Of a stretch of DNA of 64,000 nt, positions 53,451-64,000 are shown piece by piece. The position numbers were made by a program, and so were the translations under genes. Numbering within the stretch: the stretch's first letter is position 1; every line of letters begins with the position of its first letter. The notes under the pieces were generated by a model, which did not search any database, was not told the origin of the DNA, and was given only the letters and a program-made list of their open reading frames with translations. Source of the stretch: Octopus sinensis (Eukaryota); assembly GCF_006345805.1 (NCBI RefSeq), contig NC_043000.1, positions 91,822,001 through 91,886,000 on the forward strand, read 5' to 3'.

Positions 53451-53857
53451 TTACTCTTTTACTTGTTTCAGTCATGTTACTGTGGCCATGCTGGAGCACC
53501 GCCTTTTAGTCGAGCAAATTGACCCCAGGACTTATTCTTCATAAGCCTAGTACTTATTCTATCCGTCTCTTTTGCTGAACTGCTAAGTTACGGAGACATA
53601 AACACACCAGCATCGGTTGTCAAGCGATGTTGGGAGAACAAACACAGACACACAAATATATACACACATACATATATATATATACATATACACAACAGGC
53701 TTCTTTCAGTTTCCATCTACCAAATCCACTGACAAGGCTTTGGGAGGCATGTGGCTATAGTAGCAGACACTTGTCCAAGGTGCCACGCAATGGGACTGAA
53801 CCCAGAACCATGTTGTTCATAAGCAAACTACTTACCACACAGTCACTCCTGCGCCTA
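53451..53857 (-). mobile_element. SINE family A, full length
   Basis: Reverse complement of the family A sequence. Confidence 0.9.
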
Positions 53858-53881
53858 TAATTACAAATATATATATATACA

Positions 53882-53922
<41 letters not shown>

Positions 53923-53928
<6 letters not shown>

Positions 53929-54415
53929 GAGAGTTAAACATTATATGCACTCTTGTTTTCTTAATGTAGATACACAAAAGCAAGGGATAAACAAGTATGT
54001 CATTTTTTTATATAATCTCCTTCGTTTCCAAGGCACATTGTGCAGCAGTCCACAAGCTTGCATATTCCCTCCAAGAAGAAGGTTTGCAGTTGATTGTGCA
54101 GCCATTTATGCACTGATTCCTTCACATCATCTGCAGGAAATCAACGACCTTGTAAACCATCATTAAACAGTCCAAAGATATGACAGTCAGAAGGGGTGAA
54201 ATTTGGGCTGTAGGCAGGGTGTTCCAACATCTTAAAACTCAGTTGGTTAATGGTTTCAATGGTCTGGGCGGCCGTGTGTGGTATGCATTGTCATGCAACA
54301 AGAAAACTTTTGACTATAGGCTTCGGCGTTTGGTGCAAATTGCTGGCTTCAGTTTGTTGGCCAACAAAACACTGTATCTTGCACTGTTGATTGTACATCC
54401 TTTTCCATAGAAACT
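53923..54415 (-). pseudogene. mariner DD34D transposase C-terminal fragment with a decayed 3' TIR
   Basis: TINSARY...KLKPAI..KRR...LLHDNA/PHTAAQTIETINQLSFKMLEHPAYSPNFTPSDCHIFG...FFLEGICKLV...GDYIKK*; D-to-D spacing is 34 after repairing one frameshift. Confidence 0.85.
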
Positions 54416-54639
54416 GGATCTCTGATCTTTGTTCTTCTTTGGGGCATATTGTTAGAGGAGCAACCATGCTTAGACTGTAAAGCCAGAAGTAAAAATGGTG
54501 TGATGAGGCTCAAATTTTGACCCTGTTACCACAATAGTTGCAGCTATAAGCACACGTGGGCAAAAGGCAGTGGAACAATAATAAAGATATATAGCAAAAG
54601 TGAGGATAATTTTTGACTTCACACACACACATATTGATA

Positions 54640-54859
54640 TGTGGATGTAGGTGTCTTCAAAATAAAGCTGGACCTCTTCCTGTCTGGTGTCCCATATGAA
54701 CCAACTTCACGGCAGGAGATGCAATTGAGGGCAGCTGCATCAAATACTCTCTTGTACCAAATGTCAATTCCTAAAAAGCATTCGTGAAGTAAAATTATGT
54801 AGCAACGCCAAATGGCAGTGTCTCAGCATCACCACAGCTCATGAGCTGAAACGAGCTAA

Positions 54860-54865
<6 letters not shown>
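54640..54865 (+). pseudogene. CR1-type LINE 3' end
   Basis: VDVGVFKIKLDLFLSGVPYEPTSRQEMQLRAAASNTLLYQ...*, then a short UTR ending GCTGAAAC..CTAAAATAA. Confidence 0.7.
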
Positions 54866-54941
<76 letters not shown>

Positions 54942-55649
54942 TATATCAAAAACGTAAAACAAAAAAAAGGACACCATTCAAACAACTCATTGTGAGTTCA
55001 TGAAAATTTTTGAGGTTTATCTAGAAAATAAATTGTCAAAAGCGATATGTTATTACAGATAAACCAATAAGAAGGAAGCCTAACACAGGCCTTAACCTAC
55101 TAGAAACAACAGCTAAATTTTCCTTCAAGCCACTTTTTACCTGGAAAGAAACTAACTGATATTAAGGAGTAACATGTTGAATAATACATTTATAGACACT
55201 CCTATTTAGACAGGAATGTCTTTGATTATAGAATTGCTTGATCATGTCTGACCTGGGGCTACACAAAAATAACAACAACAACAACGATAACAACGAATAA
55301 AAGAAAAATCATTTTGCCTAAGATAAAAATTTTTCAGAAAAAAAATATCAAAAAAATTTCAGATTTACTTCAATGCTTGTTAATGAAATTAAAGCCTTAA
55401 TTCACAGAATTAAAAAAAAATATTAATTAATAAAATTGTGATGTTTTATCATTCTTAATTATTTTTCTATATTATATTCAGCACATACATAACTACACAA
55501 AATAGAAAATTAAGGTAATTTCTTTAGAATATCCCGTTTCCAGGGTTACATGCAAGTTTTATTTCAAGCCATAGAAGTATTTGGTAGTTTCCTTTCAGAA
55601 AAATACACTGCAGAGAAATGTTTACACATGTGTACACACCCTCACCTAC

Positions 55650-56270
55650 ACACATACACACATATATATATATATATATATTTGTATGTATATAATATAT
55701 ATATATTTATATATGTGTATGTATATAATATATATACGTATATATATGTATATATATATGTGTATGTGTGTATATATATATACATTTATATGTATGTATA
55801 TATGTATATACACATATATATATGTGTGTGTGTATGTATATACACACACAAATATATTTTTAATATATGATTATTAGCTCAACAAAATATATTTTGTTTC
55901 AGGTATATACGAATACACTTATACACTCATAGTGAGAGAGAGAGAGAGGGAGAGAGAAATGTGTATATATATGTATATATATTTATATATGTGTATGTAT
56001 ATAATATATATACGTATATATATGTATATATATATGTGTATGTGTGTATATATATATACATTTATATGTATGTATATATGTATATACACATATATATATG
56101 TGTGTGTGTGTATGTATATACACACACAAATATATTTTTAATATATGATTATTAGCTCAACAAAATATATTTTGTTTCAGGTATATACGAATACACTTAT
56201 ACACTCATAGTGAGAGAGAGAGAGAGGGAGAGAGAAATGTGTATATATATGTATATATATTTATATATGT
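55650..56270. repeat. Tandem duplication, period 278 bp (two-plus copies)
   Basis: ATTAGCTCAACAAAATATATTTTGTTTCAGGTATATACGAATACAC occurs at ~55873 and ~56151. Confidence 0.85.
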
Positions 56271-56308
56271 ATGTAATTATATATATATATAATTTTACAC
56301 ACACAGAA

Positions 56309-56359
<51 letters not shown>

Positions 56360-56434
56360 TATTTATATATGTATATATATGTGTAGAGAATAGATACACA
56401 TATATGCATACATATACATACATACATACATACA

Positions 56435-56470
<36 letters not shown>

Positions 56471-56532
56471 TATACATATATATATTCATACATACATACA
56501 TACATACATACATACATACATACATACATACA

Positions 56533-56568
<36 letters not shown>

Positions 56569-56905
56569 TATCTATATATATATATGCATGTATATACAAA
56601 CATACACACATACTACACATACATGTCGACACACTTTCACACAGGCATTTATGCAACCATTTCTGTACATAGTTGGATCAATTTTGTCATGGTTGGCACT
56701 GTTAAGAGCATTCAGCTATAAAAGCTTGATTCCAATTACATATACTTTGCAGGACATAATTTTACCATTCCTCAGTACCGTTGGCATTGTGACAGTTGTG
56801 GCCATTTTGATCAGGTTAAATGCTCGTAAGCATAGAAAAACCATGTTTAAATTATTCTCATGAGTGTGTATAGTTACATGTGAATACACATATCTACACA
56901 TATCT

Positions 56906-56936
<31 letters not shown>

Positions 56937-57416
56937 CACAAACACACACACACACACATACACACATACACACATACACACACACACACATATATATATA
57001 TGTATGTATAGTCATAAAGGAATATGAATATCAGCAGTTTGTGAGATGATACATGTGTGTGTGTGTATGTGTGTGCAAGTGTGTGTGTGTGCATGTGTTT
57101 GCAGGTGTTTGTGTGTGTTTGAGTAGGAGCACAGGAATATGCTATATAGTTTTAATTGTAATTTGGTACTGAAATATCTAAAGATACATCTATATCAATA
57201 TCTATTTCTCTTTCTCTCTGTATATATTTGTATGTATGTATGTATAGGCAGTCTTGGGGTTAAGAAATTTGTTTTTAAGCAACCTGGCTTTTGGTTCAGT
57301 CCCACTTCGTGGCATCTTGAGCAAGTATCTTCTACCACACCAATCACCTGAACAAAGCCTTGTAGGTTTGGTAGACAGAAACTGTCATACATATATACAT
57401 TCATACTTTGATGTAT

Positions 57417-57510
<94 letters not shown>

Positions 57511-58317
57511 CATATACATATGTACATGTATATATATATATGAATATATACATAAATATATATGTATGTATATATATATACACATATTTATACACACACA
57601 CACACACATATATATACGTGTATACATAAATGTGTGTGTGTGTTTATATTTATATATGTATATATGTATGTATATTAATGTGCATACGTGTGCATGTGTG
57701 TGAGTATGTGCTGATGACAGGAAAGCTATCCAGGTATAGACATTAGACTAACGGTGATACATATATATGTGTGTGTGTGAATGTGTGTGTTGTGTGTTTG
57801 TGTGTATGTGTTTACATATGCATTTATGTATGTGTATCCTGTCGCCTTATCACTTATAGCTCTACATTCCAGTTTTCTCATATGTGTGCAGGTTACATCT
57901 TCACCCTCACCAACTTTATCCAGTTGAGCATGTCCCTTGGTGACTAACGATATGTGCATCTCTGATCATGAGCAGAAGTAGCGGGGGAGCATCATAGACA
58001 TATATTCAGAGGAATTCTATGAGGTTTGAATAATTCACCTCTGGAAACATGGGTGTTTCGTTCAACATCCTTAAACAACTCTTATTCAGAGACAATTTGA
58101 GCGTGATGGGCAACTCGACCTGACAAAAATTCTAACTAGGCCCACACCTACAGGTCATGTGCTGTTATTCTTGACATGAGACCACCATGTCATGCACATG
58201 TGGTTGTGATGCATGTGCCTGAATCACCCTTATCAGACAGGTAGTCATGATGGGTATACTGGGCTCCATATATTTTACCTCAGTGTCACTTTGATGGCAT
58301 GCACTGCTCTCTCACTC

Positions 58318-58376
<59 letters not shown>

Positions 58377-58390
58377 TAGTATAATAATAA

Positions 58391-58725
58391 TGCCTAGCTG
58401 ACAATAAGGTATGCGATAAGGAAGAAAGTAAAGTCGATAGATATGACAAGTTAGCTTGGGAGCTTAAGCAGTTGTGGTCGCTGAAAATGTTGCTAGTAGT
58501 ACCAATAATTGTCGGAGCCCTGGGAACAGAGGGTAAAAATCTTCAGAAGTACATGGAACAAATAGGGGTTGCAATAAGGGTGGAGCACTTGCAAAAAATA
58601 GCACTGCTTGGAACCGCTTGAATACTCAGGATGGAGCTCAAAGAATAAGGGGCGTTACCTTAGTTCACTGGTAGGGATCAGCTGGCACCATAGTACATCT
58701 CCAGTATTAGAAGCTGTGCAAAGAC

Positions 58726-58730
<5 letters not shown>
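58391..58730 (+). pseudogene. R4/Dong-type LINE 3' end with UTR
   Basis: DKEESKVDRYDKLAWELKQLW...VVPIIVGALGT...LQKIALLGTA*ILR; (AAT)n on both sides. Confidence 0.85.
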
Positions 58731-58774
<44 letters not shown>

Positions 58775-60692
58775 GTATTAATGATTACGATAATGATGAT
58801 ATAGACACAAGACAGCAGCTTTGATAAGAAGGGATTAGTTGATACCATCAACTCCAGTACTTACCTGGTACTTTATTTTCTCGACACTGGAAAACAACAA
58901 CAACAAAAATGAAAAGTTAAGTTTTTGTTGATGGGATCTGAATTCACAACAGAAAGAACTTGAACAAATACAGCAGAGTTTATTTTTAATCAACTAAATG
59001 TTCTAATTATTCTGCCAATCCACTAAGCTTCATTATAACTAAAATGCCGCTCAAAAATGAATTATGCCAGAAATTGTTTTGAGTTGGTATTCCATTTTAA
59101 TCGCAGTAATTATAAACTCATGGAAATTACATCAGAATAAACTAATGAGAAAGTTATAGTTTTTAGTATTAAGAGGTGAAGGAAATTTACTGATCCTGCA
59201 AAAATTATGTATTTTCAATAAGAATGCAGGTCAACACCAAGAACTGGAAATGCGCCATTAAAATTGCTCTCAGACATGCAACGCTTTATCCATTATATCA
59301 GCAGTTGTCTACCTTCCTGACGACTAACAAGCTAACGGTTAACCTAGTTGATATAAAACCTTAACCTTCCTTTAAAAAAAGATAAATAAATATACTAATC
59401 CTTGCTAAACATCGGATTTTAATCTATTTTTCTATTCTCACAATATTTTTGTTTCTTTCATATTGTTACTGCTGCTGCTGTTGCCGTTGTATGGTTTGAT
59501 GCACAAAATTGCAAAATACTGGAAAAGCGCCACATGCAGTTTCTTGGTTAACAGAGCATGAACGTGATATGATTCTGATTAGCATAAATTCCTACTGTGT
59601 CTGTCTTTTTTATATTTTATTACTATTTTGTTTAGCTTTAGGAAATACTCTGCCGGTAGAGTTATGGGTATACATACGTACATATATGAGAACTGTATAG
59701 ACTGCACGATAGATAAATAAATAAATAAATAATAAATAAATGAATAAATAAATAAATAATAAATAAATAAATAAATACATAGATGAATAAATAAATAAGT
59801 GTACAAGCAGTTGCATTATGGAGAGTCAGAATTCCAAAGCATAATGGGAATAAAAACACGTCTGATATTGATATGCTTCATAAATTTAGGTGTAAGAGCG
59901 TGTCAGCTGTCTTGTGGGTACAACAGTCATAAAGAATTTCTCTACGTTAGATAAATAAAGGGTATTAACTGCTAAATACCTTTATCGCTCTCTCTCACCC
60001 CTCCTTGCTCCCCCCCTCTCTCTCTCTCTTTCTCTCTCTCTCTCTTCTTATGTGTAGGTATATGAGCATGTATGCGTCTAAATATGTATGTATCGTATAT
60101 AAAGAGAGAAGCAGAAAGAAGAAAAGAAGGATATTGAGAGAATTAACACAAGGAGTGTAGGATGATATATTCACTTCTGTTGATGACTTTATACTAAAAA
60201 AAAAGGGATGGCTAAAGACAGCAGTGTTGCATGGGTTTTGACCGCCCTCTCCTAAAACTTACCATAACGTCGAATACAACAAACACGCTTATATAAAATG
60301 GATGCCCTGCATGGTCTATGTACTTCTCGCAGCACCACCGGGTTACTGGGTTAATGATTAATTAATAAAAAGACCAAAGTCAGTCATCATTCATATTTAA
60401 GAAAGTAAATGCTTGATTGTTGATATAAAACAATAAGGCACTATAGAGGAATTTTTTAATCCTACATACCAAAATAAGTGAAGCTTTAATGATCTTGTTA
60501 GTATTATATAGTTTACGACTTCGTATTTGAAAAAGGGTCGAATTCAAGCAAAATAGATGACACATCTTTATTTACAGCATTAAATAGGTAAGGTTTTCAT
60601 AAATATGTTCAAGAGAAAATGAATCGATATTATCATATTTTAAAAAGTGAATTGAGGAAAGTGTTGCAGTAAGTATTATAGAAAATTTACGC

Positions 60693-60850
60693 TGGAGTGG
60701 CTGTGTGGTAATTAGCTTGCTTACCAACCACATGGTTCCGGGTTCATTCCCACTGCGTGGCACCTTGGGTCAAGTGTCTTCTACTATAGTCTCGGGCCGA
60801 CCAAAGCCTTGCGAGTGGATTTGGTAGACGGAAACTGAAAGAAGCTCGTC

Positions 60851-60885
<35 letters not shown>

Positions 60886-61080
60886 TTACGGGGACGTAAA
60901 CACACCACCATCGGTTGTCAAGTGATGTATTTGTGCTTGTCCCCACCAACATCGCTTGACAACCTATGGTGGTGTGCTTATGTTCCCGTAACTTAGCGGT
61001 TCAGCAAAAGAGACCGATAGAATAAGTACTAGGCTTCCAAAGAATAAATGGCCGCAGTCAAATGACTGAAACAAGTAATA
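60693..61080 (+). mobile_element. SINE family A, young, with internal rearrangement
   Basis: CpG-rich head; part of the tail is missing. Confidence 0.85.
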
Positions 61081-62315
61081 GAGAATAAAAAGAGTATATA
61101 TACTTGTTTGTAAAATCAGAATGTTTACCAGCAGAAAATATTAAGAAGCAAGTACAAAACGTACGCAACAAAAGTGCTTTTAAGCAAAAAGAAACAAATA
61201 ACAATGACAAATGATTTCTCATTCAATTTAAAGTGACTCGTGAGTTAAGATCACTGATTCTAATTTGTTAAGGTTAGATCCGATGCCAACGATAGGTTGG
61301 GAGATAAAGAAAATGTGAAATGATACGACTTAAACATGGCCGCTGTTGCAAGAATGGGTGAAACAGCTGAGTGTTCTCTTAAATGACCAAAAAATTTATC
61401 CCTGACTACTGATCTCTGGTAGTGGCACTCTGTCGGCTACGACGACAAGATTTCCAGTTGATCCGATCAAGGGAACAGCCTACTCGTGAAATTAACGTAC
61501 AAGTGACTGAGTATACCATAGACACATGTACTCTTAATGTAATTCTCTGGGCGATTCAGGTACTACTCATTTTTGCTAGCTGAGTGGACTGGAACAATGT
61601 GAAATAAAGTGTCTTGCTCAAGGACACAATGCGCCGCAGGAATCGAACTCACGACCATACGATCGTGAGCAGGATATCATAACCACTTGATGCTCACCCC
61701 ATGACTTTTAGAAAAGTATACCAGACTTGTTCAGGCACCTACTAGCCGACGTCTACGCCAACTGGCAGAATTCCCAGATCTGCAAGCCGGTGGGTGGTGA
61801 CATTGATTAGAAAGAACCCGAACAAAGAGTGGGGGTGGGGTATTATAAGTAATTTTCGGCCCATAACTCTGCTAAACACTTCCACCCTCCCTAGCAAAGA
61901 TAACGCCCGCCCAGAATATCCTAACCACTTAGCCACACGCCTTCACACTGATCTCAAAAGAAAATTGTAGGTTTTCCTTTTTTCCACTGTTCAAAAATTA
62001 ATTCCACAGTTCAAAAATTAAATTCCATCCCATTTGGAGGCGGGGCGCAGCCCAGTAGTGCCTACAAAGGCCAAATAATAAAAGTGTGTACTCCGTAAAA
62101 ATCCAATGAATAATTGCCAAATGGCCACAGAAATTTTCTATTCCTCAGTATACCGGGAAATAAAACACACTTCAATAAAACCTGCAAATAGGCAGCAGTT
62201 CGACAATAACAACAACAGACTTTAACAGAATTTCAACAAGAAAAAACGATGACTTACAGCGCACAGATAAAAAGAAAATAACACGAACGACGTCGTTTGA
62301 CCGGAAGCAAGCTTC

Positions 62316-62321
62316 TTTATT
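62316..62321 (-). terminator. Candidate polyadenylation signal AATAAA
   Basis: Directly after the predicted stop; a T/GT-rich tract follows ~25-60 nt downstream on the minus strand. Confidence 0.45.
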
Positions 62322-62472
62322 TCATAAGAATGGCCATGAAGGCCGTACATAGAGGGGACAGCACAAGGTAGGGACGAAAAAAAAAAACGAATAGGAATGA
62401 TGAATTGGAATTGAATATAATGAAAAAATGGAATGAAGCCGTTCGACCCCACCCCGAGCGACTTCATTGAAC
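62322..62472 (-). CDS. Putative terminal coding exon of an unidentified gene (GFNEVARGGVERLHSIFSLYSIPIHHSYSFFFFVPTLCCPLYVRPSWPFL*)
   Basis: Acceptor TTTTAATTACAG| at 62473; phase-2 compatible with the upstream donor; TGA is followed immediately by AATAAA. Confidence 0.55.
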
Positions 62473-62614
62473 CTGTAATTAAAACCTTTTGGTTTTTCCT
62501 TCTTTTTTAAGCCATTAATTTGTACTAACATTGATACCGCCTTTATAACAGCTAGTGTCCACTTTTTTGGAAAATGTCTTTGTTAGATTCCTTCAAAATA
62601 TATGCATAACTCAC

Positions 62615-62998
62615 CCTTTTAGGTATTTTGCTGATGTCCATCTTCGTAACCAATCGAAGTCAATTTCTTCCTCGTAATCTCGAGAGGCTTTCCGGGTCCG
62701 CCACTGCACAGCAAACATCCTTAGGAAAACCCCCACCCTTCTTACGTCCACATCTATTGCTCTGTCCCATGTCTTTATCACGTTACAAACTTCTTCCTTT
62801 TTCATGTTATACAATGTTACAAATTTATCCAAGGGCCGGGGTGGGGAAATTTCGGGCTCCTGTGTGTTTGTGCTTGTATTTATGTCAGGTGGGGTATGGG
62901 GAGGGTTTAGGTCTGTAGGGAGTGATTGGGGTAGAGTGGGTGTGGACCAATCCCAACGTACTACATACTCATAGGGTTGGCTTTCTGTGTATACACAA
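62615..62998 (-). CDS. Putative penultimate coding exon (5' boundary uncertain: 62998 or 62912)
   Basis: Non-repetitive 144-aa open frame (ORF 62611..63045) ending at AAAGG|GTGAGT; Pro/Thr-rich linker, then a globular-looking segment. Confidence 0.6.
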
Positions 62999-63121
62999 CT
63001 AGAATATCTTATCTGATACATATCAACCATTGGCCAGAAGCACAAGTGTATCCAACCCTATCTGGTGCATATATTTTCAAGTTCCTGATTCTATCTGAAT
63101 CCTTATTTTGCTATATATATA

Positions 63122-63160
<39 letters not shown>

Positions 63161-63422
63161 TATATGTTTGTTTTTATGTAATAATAAAAAAAGTTTTACA
63201 TTAATCTGACGGGTTACTCTATACTTCTGTACAGAGCAAATTTATACAATAATGTTGTATAAAATGCAATTCTTATACAATAATGTTGTTGATAGTGACT
63301 TCGAAGTTTTTGGCCAGCTAAGCAAGACATACATGTATATATATATATATATATAATATATATATATATATGTACGTATACATACATCTCTCACTGTCAC
63401 TCGCTCTCTGTGTGTCTCTCTT

Positions 63423-63477
<55 letters not shown>

Positions 63478-64000
63478 GCTCACATGTAAAGACACACATA
63501 AATACACACACACACATACACAACCATATATTACTTGGATATATGTATTGATTCGTACTCGTCCTATGTTGCTAAGAATTAAATGCAAAATTGTATTCTC
63601 TCCTCACCCCAACATTTACAAGCCCATTAGAACAACAACAACATAAATGAATAAATAAATAAAATCGTTGTACTCTTAAAATGTTTATATAATACACACA
63701 TCAGTCTCACAGATAAGTGAAAAGCTTATAGACATGTATATAACTTCGTTGTTTTCTTTATCATATAACAAACCAATAGAGAGAGATCTAGTTTCCTTTT
63801 GCCTAGCTACACTTTCAACTAAGGCCAACGTCTCCAATCATGAATACACCCCCAAGGAAAATGTAAGAAATCTGTGCCAATTTTCACTTTGTCAGTGTTT
63901 GGAGCAGCCATTCTTCTCACTTTTTCAGGGGCCCCTAAGCCATAAAATTGCAGTTTATATGCCCTTTTCCACCTCTAAACAATTAAATGTCTTGGCATGT

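Overview
Repeat-saturated eukaryotic DNA: AT-rich, with dense (TA)n, (AAT)n, (GAT)n and (CA)n microsatellites and several tRNA-type SINE families. It resembles octopus/coleoid cephalopod genomic DNA, but that is my recognition, not a search result. Almost all ORFs in the supplied track are microsatellite or antisense artefacts. Recognisable coding remnants are: a young, frameshifted Neptune-type Penelope-like element (RT + GIY-YIG, 276-2991, minus strand) with a minimal hammerhead-like motif in its 3' LTR, inserted in the TA tract of a SINE; Helitron Rep/helicase fragments; DD37D (maT) and DD34D (mariner) transposase remnants; a probable Chapaev-3-like fragment; R4/Dong-type RLE LINE ends in (AAT)n tracts; and CR1 and Tx1 LINE 3' ends. 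The best host-gene evidence is the last two exons of an unidentified minus-strand gene at 62.3-63.0 kb (in-frame GT-AG intron, stop followed at once by AATAAA, hydrophobic C-terminus). The most interesting non-coding candidates are a head-to-tail dimer of a ~260-nt hammerhead-bearing Penelope-LTR-like unit (44568-45032; retrozyme-like), a second LTR-like direct-repeat element with hammerhead-core words (32940-33992), a snap-back SINE hairpin (38297-38459), a 1.46-kb element with 130-bp terminal inverted repeats, and CpG-poor versus CpG-rich domains that hint at hidden intron-rich genes. No tRNA, rRNA or CRISPR array was found. Coordinates were read by eye; repeat boundaries are approximate.
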